64,000 nucleotides of DNA from Octopus sinensis (taxonomy: Eukaryota). The notes under the pieces are model-generated. The model ran no database searches. It had not been told where the DNA came from and saw only the letters and a list, made by a program, of their open reading frames with translations. This document shows, in pieces, positions 24,040-38,186 of this stretch (positions are counted from its first letter, which is position 1; each line of letters starts with the position of its first letter). The DNA lies in NCBI RefSeq assembly GCF_006345805.1, contig NC_043000.1:116188001-116252000 (forward strand), written 5' to 3'. Made by a program: the position numbers and the translations under genes.

Positions 24040-25485
24040 CCCGTGAAACAGCACACGTCCACACGATTGTTGAGATTCTAAAGAATGTCTTGGATAACAG
24101 TCTCTAGTGTGGAAGTGACCCTCTGCTTGAGTTCTTTTGAGTTTGTTGGAAAAGAATAGCTCAGGGGAATAAAAATTGCAAGATGCCAGGTCAAATAAAC
24201 TTGGTGGCCATTTCAACAAGGCATTGTCTTTATCACCAGCACGCACATTTCACCTCCCTGACAGATTTTCATTCGGATAAACCGGTGCAGTTAGCTTCCA
24301 GTCAGGTGGAGATCCATCCTGTTGAAAAATTCATTTGCAATGTATTATCCAGTGCTGTATCCTTTGCCGATGAGCATCACCAGTCACATTTAAATAATAA
24401 TAATGAAATTATTGTATACATTGCTCAGGTGCACCACAACTTGTCAAAAGTGCGTATAAAGCATATGCAGTAATGTACAAATGTCTGGAAAGTGAACAGT
24501 GTATGAGTCAGATACATACTTGCGTGTGTATGGAGGGGAGAAAATCAGGTGTAGTGTTGGTGAATCTCAGGAAGCATGGACGTTTTGAAGGATGCAGTGC
24601 TCCGACAACTAACAACTGATGCCGGCAGTTTGTTCCATGCTTCAGCAACTCTTAGCGTGAAAAAATGTTTACGAAAGTCATGGGAGCTGTGCTGTTTTCT
24701 GACTTTGTAAACATGTCCACGGGTGTTAGACAGGTTGAGTTTGAAAAGGTGCTCAGTGTTATTGTTTGTAAAATGGTTAATAATTTTATGGGTGTCTGCC
24801 AAGTCAGCTGCCAGACGTCGGAGTTTCTGTGTATGTGTATCCATGCCCAGGGAAGTAAGGCGTTCAGAATATAGCAAATACCTCAAAGAAAAACGGGCCA
24901 TGGAGATGACTCTTGCAGATGGCGCACAACACATTCATTTTTGCCCCACTGTGGGATGAAGATTATTATTGTTCACTTTGTCATTCGTATGACATGTGGT
25001 CTCATCACTGAAACCAGATGTTGTTGAAACCTTGTCTTCTTCAAGTTTCTCTTACATATGGACACAGGATTGCATGCCCTTTGTCTTAGCATCTCTCTTT
25101 AAGGCCTGAAAGAGCTACGGCTCGTAGGATGCCATTCACAAGCGTTTGCGTGCGGCATGCCAAACTGTCGTGGGAAGAATCTGGGTTTCCAGATTTGTTT
25201 TTCTTATTGACATTCTGTGGCTTCACGTAAATATTTCACGAACCAGCTCGACCGTTACTGGTAGTCATCTAGACCCTTTTACCCTTCACATATCGCCTTC
25301 TTTTTATATTTCGTGTCATGTTGAAATCTGCATTGGATCTAGTGCAGTTTGAGCGATTCCTTTCACAAATGCCCGTTGCATAGGACTGTCAGTTTGCGTT
25401 CGAGCCTAATCTAATACACAATACGCTTTTTCCTTTCCAGTGGGTGGTATTTTTATACCTGAGACGAAATATAAAACACGGACTG
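24040..25485 (-). mobile_element. Decayed Tc1/mariner transposon of DD41D (rosa/Visitor) type, split by a LINE
   Basis: 24966-25440: VELVREIFT*SHRMSIRK...TTVWHAARKRL...GFSDETTCH. 24040-24390: IFQQDGSPPDW...WPPSLFDLASCNF, with 41 residues between the second and third Asp. Possible terminus TA|CAGTCCGTG at 25485. Confidence 0.8.
24391..24965 (-). mobile_element. 5'-truncated CR1-group LINE (RT C-terminal region, 3' UTR, ATT tail)
   Basis: ORF 24545-24934 RRLAADL..HKII..NTRGHVYKVRK..RKHFFTLRVAEAWNKLPASVV..FK is typical of the CR1 ORF2 C-terminus; (ATT)n tail at 24391-24404. Confidence 0.88.
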
Positions 25486-26424
25486 TAGTTTAGCAAAAGA
25501 AAGATAATGATTTAAACTTTTGGTTCAATGTGAACAAGATCCAGTTTCAAGCTTAAGGTAAAAAAAAAACTATATCTACAGCTATCTTTAGCAGCGTTAC
25601 TCCGTAGTATAATTAATGCCTGTACATGTTGTGTATCCCGACCCTTAAAGGAAACAAAGAGCCCAATTCACAGACACCACCTCGATCAAGAGAACATTGT
25701 GGCAAATCTTAACTCTTTAAGACTTTATCAACGCATTGCGTCAGTTTTCTCTTTAATATCATCGCCCTCATTCTCCTCCTACATTTTCACTTCAACCCCT
25801 CCTCCTCCTCCTCCTCCTCATCATCATCATCATCCATCCATCCAAATTCTGTGATAAACAACATCATTGATAACAATAAGAGCACAAATGGAACAAACAG
25901 ATAGCTGGGAAGCAAGACTACCGAAGTAGATGTTTCAATATATGTTAGATAAACATTTCGTACTGCTTAAAAAATCAAAAGCATGAAATTAATATCTTCT
26001 AAGTAATGTCTTGTTTGGAGGGACCGGAGATAAATTGCATAAGGGGATTCCATTCTTGTTGTGCAATCACCGGATATAATTGAACGCCATTTTGTATATT
26101 CTTGCATTTAAGCAACAGCGGAAGCAAAATCTGGTATTTACTCAGCTTAAAGGAAACAGCAAGACACTGATGCATTGACAAATACGACGTTTGCTCCAAC
26201 TCTTCTTATATAACTTTATATTGATCATTTAATGTGAAGTATGCAGGAAAAGAGAGACATTTAGAAAAATATGTCTTTTAATTGTGAGTCTGTATGTATG
26301 TATGTATGTGTTGAATGATTGCTTGGATATACACGATACAATCTTCTCCATCTATTTTGTTAACAGAGGTATGCAACTAATAGTAGCTCGAAGAATTTTA
26401 ATTCCTATGTATACGTAGATCACA

Positions 26425-26432
26425 TCTGTCTG

Positions 26433-26519
<87 letters not shown>

Positions 26520-26541
26520 GTCTGTCTGTCTGTCTGTCTGT
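26425..26541. repeat. (CTAT)n/(CTGT)n microsatellite
   Basis: Direct reading. Confidence 0.95.
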
Positions 26542-26544
26542 CCG

Positions 26545-27235
26545 CTCGCCCAGTGATAATTGTCTTCATAAGGTCTGGGTCGTCGTTTACACAGTCCAGC
26601 GTGTCCTGTGCGATTTCCATGTAGAGTAGCTCCGGCTGCCCCGGCAACACCTTGGGGGATAAATTTCGCCGACAAACCCCGCATGCAGAAATCCTCCATT
26701 AAAACAAAAGGCACTGATTCTTTGCTTATTTCCACTTCGCGATTAATTTCCAGGATGGTTGCACGACGGTTTTCCATGACTATATTCTCGAACCTTCTCA
26801 ATAGGTTCCACATTTCGCATTATAGATGGCCTGCCTGAACATGTTCCTCTCTGTTGTTTCCTCTCCACCAAACTTTTGTTTTGGTAAAGTTTTTGGCGCT
26901 GCAGCCACTGCTACAAACACCAGCAGTTTTCATACTGAATTAATTTTTATCACATGTCACAATGTAATCGAGAAATGAATAACTTATGTTATAGGAAAGA
27001 AGCCACGGCAAATGTTTAAAAATTTTTATAGATGGCCTACCTGAACATGTTTCGATCCCCACCGTTCCTTGAATCTGGATTTTTCCCATGTTGTCATCGC
27101 CGAAGAACAGTTGAATCTTCTTCTGAATAATTTGAAATTGGGTATCAACACACTTTTAGCAAAAATCTAATGCAATAACCGTGATCGATGCGTTCTGCGT
27201 AAACTAAAATCCGGGGAGGGCGTACTAGATATCTG
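26545..27235 (-). mobile_element. Mariner transposase relic (N-terminal half)
   Basis: IDHGYCIRFLLK...KKIQLFFGDDNMG (27030-27200) and ENRRATILEINREVEISKESV...EDFCMRGLSAKFIP (26650-26813). Confidence 0.75.
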
Positions 27236-27448
27236 TAATCTAATCGTAACAACTGGGAACTGACGCGGTGTACCGGCGTGAAAATACTCACGCATGTGTA
27301 CGGTGAGCGGCATCGTCGTCCACCCAAAGGATTTTTCCCACACGGCATTAGTTTCCGCGGGAAAACCTTAACCGTTTTTAACGCATCTTGTATTTTTACA
27401 GGAAGAAAAATGCAAAAACAAAAAACACTCAAAAACATTAGAAATTAT

Positions 27449-27860
27449 AAACGTTGGCATGGCTGCGTGGTAAGTAGCTTGCTTACGGACCGCATGGTTC
27501 TGGGTTCAGTCCCACTGCGTGGCAACTTGGAAAATGTCTTCTACTATAGCCTCGGGCCGACCAAAGCCTTGTGAGTGGATTTGGTAGACGGAAACTGAAA
27601 GAAGTCTGTCGTATATATGTATATGTATATATATGTATATATATGTGGGTGTATGTTTGTGTGTCTGTGTTTGTCCCCCCAACATCGCTTGACAACTGAT
27701 GCTGGTGTGTTTACGTCCCTGTAACTTAGCAGTTCGGCAAAAGGGACCGATAGAATAAGTACTAGGCTTACAAAGAATAAGTCCTGGGGTTCGATTTGCT
27801 CGACTAAAGGCGGTGCTCCAGCATGGCCACAGTCAAATGACTGAAACACGTAACAGAGAG
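27449..27860 (+). mobile_element. SINE family A
   Basis: Full body. Confidence 0.9.
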
Positions 27861-28096
27861 ATCAGACTACGGAGAATATCCCCATAGCTACCTCATTAAT
27901 AGACAAAGGAAAATGAATAAAGGGGCCATTAAATAACAGAGGATAGGTGGAGTAATAACGGGTTGTATGCTCCCAAACATGAGATGTGTTTAGCCGCGTC
28001 TTGTGGACTTGATTGCAAAGAGAATGGCCAGCGACACTCGCTGTAAAAGCCACCCCATCGTGTAGGGCCCATAGGATTCTCATGTGAGATGTTAAA

Positions 28097-28486
28097 TCTA
28101 TATATATAAAGCTGAAATTGTCTGTGTGGCAGGTTCGGTAGCCTTCAATTAACACTATCTCCTGCGAGACCCTGCGGCGCAAGTTGATAAAAATTGAGAG
28201 TATGTTAGAAGAAGGCTTGCTCTTCATTCCGAAGAAGAAAAAATTAAAATCGCACCATGTTAAGACCAAAACTTATTTACATCAAAAAGGTGCTTTTTTC
28301 TATGAAAATCCCTATTTTTTTAACGATTTTTTTGACTGCTGTGTCGTAATTTTTCGGTGTATTTCAACCAGAAAAATGTTCACTTAAAGAGAATAACAAG
28401 CTACATAATGCAAAATTTTTACTTTTCAAAAATTCTAATTCTAAAGGGTTGAAACAAACCCGAGCAACGCCGGGCGATACTGCTAG
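28097..28486 (+). mobile_element. Complete non-autonomous Helitron (390 bp)
   Basis: A|TCTATATATATAAAG ... cccgagcaacgccggg hairpin ... CTAG|T: TC start, CTAG end, subterminal hairpin, A/T target, no TSD. Confidence 0.88.
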
Positions 28487-28842
28487 TGTGAGATAAAGCT
28501 ATCAGCTGTGTGATATTCACCACATCTAGAATTCGCTACATCCCAGGAGAAATGAAGTAAAAGATAATGATAATTTCTACAGCACTGCTATGAATAAGTG
28601 TGCTATCTTTGAACTGAGAACACTGATTTCATTTCATTTTGCGTTGTTAAAACTTTGGTGTAATTTTAATTTTAACGGATTTGAAACAATGAAAGCTATA
28701 TAATGGAAATTTTATTTCCCTGCGTTCTTATTATTTTACAATAAAATGGGTAGCGTGAAACTTTATAATGCTCCACTAAACACTTCTGTTTGTATGCTAA
28801 GTATAATGTCGTTCTTGATGTTGATAGATAAATAAATAGATA

Positions 28843-28884
<42 letters not shown>

Positions 28885-31800
28885 CAAGTTAAAGAGAGAG
28901 GGTAAAATTTATTTATGTACTCTTATGGCAAGCTTCTTGTTAATCCCTATTACACAATGTTACATTAAAGAAAGATGCGTTTGCTTCAAAAATAATTATG
29001 CGTTTTATCCTTGTGCTTTAAACCATTAAGTCCCATGCGAATCCACTAATGATTTATGTAAGTATGCTAAGCATTATAACTTCCTTGATGGAAAGAGAGG
29101 CAGAGAGAGACTTGCTTTATGTATACTTATGGCAAGGTTGGTATTTATCTGTGTTACATAAAGTTACACTAAATAAATATCTCGTTGCTGCAAAAATAAT
29201 TGTGCGTTTTATCCATGAACTTGAAAGCATCCCCTTTCGGATATAATAACCATTATCATCGACGATCTTTCCAACGGAAACGAAACTATTCCTTTAAAAT
29301 AGACATCAGTATTATACGTAATGGAGAATTCTTCGAATGCATTTTGAGCGGTTTTTCCTCTTTGAAGATGTAATTTTGCAAGAAATCATAAGTAGGGCCA
29401 CGTGGATTAGTGGATAGGGTGTCAGACTCATGATCGTAAGATTGTGGTTTCGATACCTGGACCCCGCAAAACACTTCACGTTGCTCCAGTCTAGTCAACT
29501 GTAGAAATTAATATCACTAGTGGAGATGCGTCGCTTAGTGCTTAGGGTGTTGGATTCAAGCTTGTATGGTTGTGATTTCGATCCGCGGACTAGGCGATCC
29601 ATTATGTTCTGGAGCAAATCACTTCATTTCACGTTGCTCCAGTCCACTCAGCTGTAGAAATAAGATTAGAGGAATGGGCTTCGGCAGGCTTTCTCACCCT
29701 AGATACGTTGTGTGGCCTCAGTGCCCCAGCTACCGCAACGGATTAAGGCATTTGTTATAACAATACTTGCGAAAAGCCCCCAAGTTTATGTGAGTTTTTC
29801 CTATACCTTTCTACTGCAGGTTACATTGATTCCGCATACGAGAGATGTTGTTAATCATTTGTGACAGGTTATAAAACGTAGAAACTTAAACCAGTATATT
29901 TGAAGTTTAAGAGCAGCTGGACCTCATTAATATATCGGTATATCTCTCGACAAATACAGGACATCAAATTAGAGAATACAGCTATAAAGAAAGACATATA
30001 TGATTAAGGTTGTAGGGCCTGCAGCAAAATATCTGTGAATAATAAATTACATTAAATCCAATTCAGGTAACCCAGTTATTACGACTCAGAATGGAAAAAT
30101 AATTATTTATAGTAAATAGTTATCAATTATAAAGTGAAATACTTAATGATAATCTTAATGATAGATAATAAAGGGAAATACTTAATGATAATCATTGAAT
30201 TATATAATAATATTTCTGACATAGACTGACAGAATGGAAATATAACTCTGGAACAATTAAATAAATTAATATAAATCTTTAGCCGATGTGGTTAATTCAA
30301 ACACATTGAAAAAAATATTCGACAAATACACAGTTTCTCATTAACGATTCTGTAATTCTCTCGCGTTGATAAAATAATTAAAACCTGTAGAAATATTTTT
30401 GAACTCAAGTTTGACGAAGGAGTATGATCTGAAACGCCAATAATATCATTTCGAAATCATTCCTCCAATTTATATGAGAGCTAATATACTTTCTTAAAAT
30501 TCCTATCATTGTTATTTATCTTGCTATATATTCGATTTAATGTAAGTTCACACTCTATTAACTAAAATCATAAGAAAGAAATGAAATAGAGGTTTTCTGA
30601 TATTGATCATAACTATTTCAGAGGCGCGAGATATGTCAGATAAAATCGAAAGTAATATAATGTGGCGAGATATGTTACTTGACTTACAATGACCATAAAT
30701 AATTCTGCTACGCAAACTGTGACACCGAATTAGTTATAGAGAGACAACTATTAAAGTTCTTAGTATCAACACTTGTTGAAATTTTCTGTGAATTAATCAT
30801 TGTCTTAAAATACAGTAGACTACGTAATACAATGCAATTAAGGGCAACGAACTGGAAGAATTGTGACCCCGTTGCACAAAATGCTTAGCAATATTTCTAA
30901 GGGCTGTGTTCGGTCTGAGTTCAAATTCTGCCGAGATGACTTTGCATATCATGCTTTCAGGGTCGATAACGTAAGCACCAGCTGAGCACTGGGCTTGATG
31001 TAAGCAACTGTCTCATTCACCTCAAAATTGCTGGCCTTGTGTCAATAAGTAGAAAAGATTATATATTTGCAGTAATGCGGTGAGCTGGTAGAATGGTGAG
31101 CTCGGGGGACAAAATGTTTGGCAGCATTTCTCGCGGGTGTTTCTGTTTTGAGTTCAAATTCCACCGAGATCAACTTTGTCATACATCTATTTCAGGTCTT
31201 AAAAATAGTTCAGTAGAGAACTGGTGTGGGTGTAATCAACTTGTTCCGTCCCTCAAAATTGCTGGCCAGAATTAGAATTATTTGTTTGTAGTTATATTAA
31301 GGCTTGTGACCGATTGGTCAAAATGTTAGACTCGTGATCATAAGACCGTCGTTTTAATTCCTGGACAGTACAGCGTATTGCGCCCTTCAAAAAAGGCATT
31401 TAATTCAAGTTGTTCCAGTCTGTTACTTAGAATGAATACAGGCGGATGCTGTTATAGCCCTTTCTCTTTCCACCTGTAATATTCTTAATGCTGTGTTGAG
31501 AGAAGATTAAGGATGATGAGAAGATACACGTGGTTATTAGCAACTACATAAGAAACTAAAACAATTAGCGAATTCATCGTTATGGTTACCATTCCATCAT
31601 CCTTTGCGAATGAAATCTAACTCTCATCTACAGCAGTTAAATATATTTAAATGTTTTTGTCCCGGTGTGAAATATACGGCTTGCTAAACCATTCTTCGCG
31701 TATACAGTTTTTATATATACATGGTCCGCATTCGAATCTCGTGAGATTAGTTCACTTGTATTTCCCATAAAAATACAAGATCGACGCGTTTTATGATTTT

Positions 31801-32630
31801 ATAATTCTCATTGTGTCTAGAAAATTGTTCCTTAGATTCGCTAAGCGTAATTCTTTGTCAATAAAATTCCTTGATACGCAAGTCAATGAAGCCATTACCG
31901 GAGATTCATTGAGGTTATTTGAACGAACTACAACATCTTATGGAATAATATTTTCGTGAAAAGAAACCAATAAATCAATGTTAAAAACATTACATACTTA
32001 AATGCTTCGCTGCCAAAGAAATTTACTAATTGGCAGATTTGCGATGAAAATGAAGCCCTCAAATACAAAACAAATAGAATAAGTGACACCGAAAGAAAGC
32101 CATTCTTATTATAGTTATACAGATTTTGAGGTCAGGTAAAATGATACGACAAATATAACGATGTGTAATTGGCGAACATTCTTTAATAGTAAATTAATGA
32201 AGACGAAGATGAGAAGTGGTTCACATTTTATTTACTTGACATGATAGGATTAGGTGGTTAATTGAAGGGAATCAGGGTACGCACTGGATATTGCGATTTG
32301 TCCTCACCGACGTCTTAATTATAAAGTGAGATTGATGAGAATTAAGTAAACACCATATAAAAATTTAGACGGTGGTTAGAGCGTCGAAATTACGGTCGTG
32401 AGGTTGTGAGTCCGATTCCCGAACCGGTCTGCGTGTTGTGATCTTGAGCAAGTAAATTTGTATACACACCCAGAAATCCGGATCTGGGATTATCCAATAG
32501 GTTTTTGCTAGTTTATTTGTCTATTTGTCTTTTCACATTGTGCTGTATGATTACATGGTTTTAGATCCAAGTATTAACTGCTATCTCTAACATGGTGGTA
32601 TCTCTTAAATACCCTTAATTATAATTATAA

Positions 32631-32669
<39 letters not shown>

Positions 32670-32869
32670 CATACATATATGTGTGTGTGTGTGTGCGTGT
32701 CTATGTGGTCACTGCTCTCCATTAGTCGACGATGGGGGTTCATATTTTCAATCAGCTAAATTAGCCAATTAATGAACAGGTACGTGGTCGAGCATTCTAT
32801 ATAGAGGTGTACCGTTGAATCTCTGGTGAATCAATTTGTTGGTCAGAGGAAACAACAAGCAATATCATT

Positions 32870-33830
32870 GATAAAAACAGTGAGCCGACAGCAGACATAT
32901 TGAGAAAACTGAGAAATATAAGGACCGAGCCAGAGGGATGGTCGTGGAAGGTAAGACAACATAAGGCGGCGAGCAGGTAAGGCGGTGAGTTGGCAGAAAC
33001 GTTAGCACGCCGGGCGAAATGCGTAGCCGTATTTCGTCTGCCGTTACGTTTTGAGTTCAAATTCCGCCGAGGTCGACTTTGCCTTCCATCCTTTCGGGGT
33101 CGAAAAATTAAGTACCAGTTACGCACTGGGGTCGATGTAATCGACTTAATCCGTTTGTCTATCCTTGTTTGTACCCTCTGTGTTTAGCCCCTTGTGGGTA
33201 GTAAAGAAATCGGTATTTCGTCTGTCTCCATGTTCTGAGTTCAAATTCCGTCAGGTCGACTTTGCTTTTCATCTTTTCGGGGTCGATTAAATAAGTACCA
33301 GTTACGCACTGGGGTCGATATAATCGGCTTATTCCGTTTGTCTGTCCTTGTTTGTTCCCTCTATGTTTAGCCCCTTGTTGGTAGTAAAGAAATAGGTATT
33401 TCGTCTGCCGCTACGTTCTGAGTTCAAATTCCTCCGAGGTCGACTTTGCCTTTCTTCCTTTCGGGGTCGATAAATTTAGTAACAGTTATGCACTGGGTTC
33501 GATTTAATCACCTTAATCCGTTTATCTGTCCTTGTTTGTCCCCTCTGTGTTTAGCTCCTCGTGGGTAGTAAAGAAATAGGTAAGACAACTGCAATTCTTA
33601 TGCTAATGGTAGCACTTCTCTCAGCATCCAACCATTTATCTAAGAATCTGAGAGATATTGGAATGGAGATTCGCATTGTCGCCTTGCAGAAAGTTTCATA
33701 TAGCATTCTGCAGGATACCTATGAAAATATTCTGGAGATCTGATGAGACCTGTTGTGAAACAACCTCAAGACAACATTCAACATCCGTGCTAACAGCATG
33801 TAATAGTTTAAAAAACAAAATAATAATGTG
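32870..33830 (+). mobile_element. 3' end of an R4/Dong-type (RLE) non-LTR retrotransposon, interrupted by a SINE-B trimer
   Basis: EKTEKYKDRARG...(SINE)...VALLSASNHLSKNLRDIGMEIRIVALQKVS..ILEI* resembles the R4-clade C-terminus (EK.EKY.DL ... LQK..LLGTA.IL). Confidence 0.65.
32961..33579 (+). mobile_element. SINE family B trimer
   Basis: Units restart at 33213 and 33396 (gtatttcg). TSD aggtaagacaac at 32949-32960 and 33578-33589. Confidence 0.92.
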
Positions 33831-34939
33831 GTATTGAACATCGCTGCATACCTCGTTCCCGATATAGAGAACGCATTACCACCAATGAAATAATAATAAA
33901 AAAATAGAAGATAAATTATATTTTAGGTGTATTTTATTATGGTATTGATCTATTATTTTTAAATGCTTTCCACTTTCCTTAAAATAATTTATAGCTGCTA
34001 TCAACGGCATTAATCATAGAATGGCCTCTACGTGTGAATAGAGTAATGCAGCATAAGATATATTCAGCCCCCATCAAAGAACTATGAACAATAGAAATAA
34101 CAACCATGATACCTGGTTATGGCTTTCTCCTCATAAAGGCGAATATATATTTTGAAACTGTTGTATAGGATTTAGTTAAAAAATAAATGGTAAAAAAATT
34201 CTTCACAGTTCGAAAAGAATAAACTGGCACCGGACTGATATATGTAATCCGGATTTATGTAAAGGGTGTGACTTCAATTTTGAACTTGGAAAATATATCA
34301 GATGAAATATAAATACATAAAAAAAAATTATGGAATACGTTTCCTTACGACGTAAATATTTTATAGCTGTGCTTCTTTTTAAAAACCTAGACAACCACAA
34401 AATACGTCAATAATATTTGTAATGTGTGAAACGTTGATGTAGAAACCAGCTTACATCCCAACAAACTCGTCGGTTTATGAAGATATATATTCAAAACCGA
34501 AAAATATTTTTACGTAGCAATACACGCCACATAAGCAATTTATAGAAAAAAAGATCATATTAATTTACGAATTACAGTCACGAAACGAATAACAATGGGG
34601 GAAACAATGAAAATATATACACTAAAAGTATAAATATTAATAACATTAATTCCGAAAATAGATCTTACACACACAACACAAAGGTAACAATGGAGACAAT
34701 ACAAATTATATCCCAGAATATATACAGAATATCCTACAGAAGCGGATACAAAATAACCAGCAGAATACGAGTCAAAATTATCAAAATTACACACACAATG
34801 TACATTATATATATATAATATAATATAATATAATATAATATAATATAATATAATATGATATAATATAAAATATATGTATAATGGAATTAAACAAAGATAA
34901 TGCAATACATATATAATTTAATATATAATATAATGAAAG

Positions 34940-34980
<41 letters not shown>

Positions 34981-35403
34981 TATATATTATAATTTAATAT
35001 AATGAAATACAATATATATATTTATTATCTGAATAGGATTTTGACACACGTAAAGAAATGTCTAAAACTGGAAAGTTGGAATATGATCATTATAAATTAT
35101 AATCTAAAAGTGTAGAATTCGTTTTAAATAACTCGATGGAAGATCTTAGTAGGGAACAACTAATTATTTCCCCAAAGATGAAGACTAAAAATTTATTATA
35201 AGTGTAAAAACTGGCAGCAGAACAAGAATTTTGATGGGAGGGATTTTCCTCTCTTAAATCGATTCCAGTGTTCAAATTGTATTATTTCTTACTGACCCCG
35301 AAACAATGAAGGTTTAAATCGGTTTTGCCGCATTTGAACTTCGGGTGTAATGAATATAAAGAAATGTTGCTACGCGTATTGTAATACGGTGCTTACGATT
35401 CTG

Positions 35404-35800
35404 TTCTACTCTAGGCACAAGGCCCGGAATTTTGGGGGAAGGGGCCAGTCGATTAGATCGGCCCCGGTACGCAACCACTACTTAATTTATCGACCCCCGA
35501 AAGGATGAAAGGCAAAGTCGACCTCGGAGGAATTTGAACTCACAACGTAGCGGCAGGCGAAATACCTTTTTCTTCACTACCCACAAGGGGCTAAACACAG
35601 GGAGGACAAACAAGGACAGACAAACGGATTAAGTCGATTATATTGACCCCAGTGCGTAACTGGTACTTAATTTATCGACCCCGAAAGGATGAAAAGCAAA
35701 GTCGACCTCGGCGGAATTTGAACTCAGAACTTAGAGGCAAACGAAATAACGCTAAGCATTTCGTCCCGTGTAGTAACATTTCTGCCAGCTCGCCGCCTTA
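35404..35800 (-). mobile_element. SINE family B dimer
   Basis: TSD gtgcttacgattctg at 35389-35403 and 35803-35817. Confidence 0.9.
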
Positions 35801-36864
35801 CAGTGCTTACGATTCTGCCAGATCGCGGCTTTTATTATAAGTATAATAACAAAGAAAATTCGTTCAACGTCGCTGTATTGAAAAGAAATGAGGGACAGCC
35901 GTATTACCAAGATCACGGAACTAATCTATACACCATCCTCGTTATTTCCATTGAGAAGTGTCTATCGTTTTATATCATCTGTTTTATACGTCTGCAACCG
36001 GACTATAAAGTAAAATAAACGGTAACAATACGTAAGAATAGGTGTTCGAAAAACAAACCTTAACGGAGAGATGAGACAACACCTTAAAATGACCGTTCTG
36101 AAATATCGTCTGCTTTTCTGTAATGCCTGAACGCAAATTTGATGATCTTGATAGGTGCATGGTTCGGAAAACTTACAACAACGAAGTTTTATTTGTAATC
36201 AGTATGCCAAGAAAAGCAGGATACTTAATTGACCAAAATTTAATTAACACAGAAGACTTACGAATTTTATGACTAGAAAAGTATTATGGGCTATGGAAGA
36301 CAAATTATACGAGCTGGGAATATTAGCTGAGCACTCATAGTAAAGATACGAAACAGCTAATAAACTAAAATACAGAATTGATCAAATAATACGAAAGCAT
36401 GTTATTGTCGGTTTTTCACGCTAAAATATAATCCCCGTTCATCTTTTACGCGTCAAAGGATTTGTTACCAGCTTGCATAAGCGAAGATGTATTCGAGTTA
36501 AACAAATAAACTTTCAAAGTTTGTTTTCCCTGCACGGTATGTAGTATGAATAGTATTTTAACACAGTTACTAGAATTTCGAGAGAGATCTAGCCTTGCAC
36601 ATGAACAAAACTGCATTAGATTCTTGTCTGCCGAGAAACAGAATATTGTAATACTCTCTTTACTCTTTTACTTGTTTCACTCATGTGACTGTAGCCATGC
36701 TGGAGCACCGTCTTTAGTCGAGCAAATCGACCCCAGGACTTATTCTTTGTAAGCCTAGTACTTATTCTTTTGCCGAACCGATAAGTTACGGGGACATAAT
36801 CACACTAGCATCGGTTGTCAGGCGATGTTTGGGGGACAAACACAGACCCACATATACACAAACA

Positions 36865-36926
<62 letters not shown>

Positions 36927-36930
36927 TATA

Positions 36931-37059
<129 letters not shown>

Positions 37060-37110
37060 TATATATATATATATATATAATATATATATATTATATATGC
37101 ATATATATAT

Positions 37111-38180
37111 TGTTACGGGACCTCCGAACGAAAGCTGTTACGGAATCCCTCACACAGGCCCGATCGATCAGAAAACGGAGAGGAGAGAGAGACAACAACT
37201 ACAACAACAGCCGCAGAAAGAGTCACAGAGGCAATCGAGAGAGACACAAAGAAACACAGCGGAAGGCCATTGGCTTACATTTAACGTACTAGTTTATAAC
37301 ACTTTATAATTGTTACAACATCAAATATATATCAGATACATCAAAGAGGAAATACATGCAAGTAACAACACAGCAAATGCAATAACAACAGCATATAAAG
37401 AGTACACGTCGAATTAAACAACAAGTCAATAGATTATACAGTCCGGAGGCAACAGTTCTGTTTCAAATCACATTAACGTTGCAGTTCAAAGGACATTAAA
37501 GGCATATGCAGTTCAATGTTCATTAAAGACTACAACAGAGTCTCTCTCTTGCATTAACAGTTCTGTAACACATATTAACACAGTTCACATTGTTCTTTTT
37601 ACTGTCTCATTTCTTTTCCAGCCTTTATAACACATCGACAAGTCCTTTACTCAATTCACATATCAATACAACAATTCACGTACCGTTACATCAGCCAATG
37701 TCTCACATTGTAGTTCATCTCTTTTAGCACTGCTAAATCCAACTGCCAACCGCCAAATCCAACCGCCAACCGCTTACCTCGAATACCAAATCCTCACTGC
37801 TAAATCCAACCGCCAACTGCTCGCCCTGACTCCCAAATACCGACTGCTAAATCCTCACTTGCTCTGTTCTCGACAGCCTTGTCACTACCCCAATCTCTCT
37901 GTCGTAGTCCCCCTCTCTCTTAGCTCTGTAATACTCTCTGCCTGTCTTCCTCTTTCACATTCTCTATCATTGTCTCGCTTGTCAGCTCCTCAGATTCCTT
38001 AATCTGTCTTCCTCAGCCCATCAACATTTCTCTCACTGTCTCTCACAAACTGAACTCTAATTCACCTGAAAAGGTCGGGGAGTTTCCCCAGAGCTAATTA
38101 ATCAACCCGCATCTGGCAGAACAATGGATTCATTGCCAAAAGTAGGTCGCCGTCAACTGTCCTCAAATTGAACCACAACA
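37111..38180 (-). mobile_element. Probable solo LTR (1070 bp)
   Basis: TGTT...AACA termini, inserted in (AT)n with atatatatat on both sides; no coding sequence; internal short tandem motifs (aaatccaaccgccaac). Confidence 0.65.
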
Positions 38181-38186
38181 ATATAT

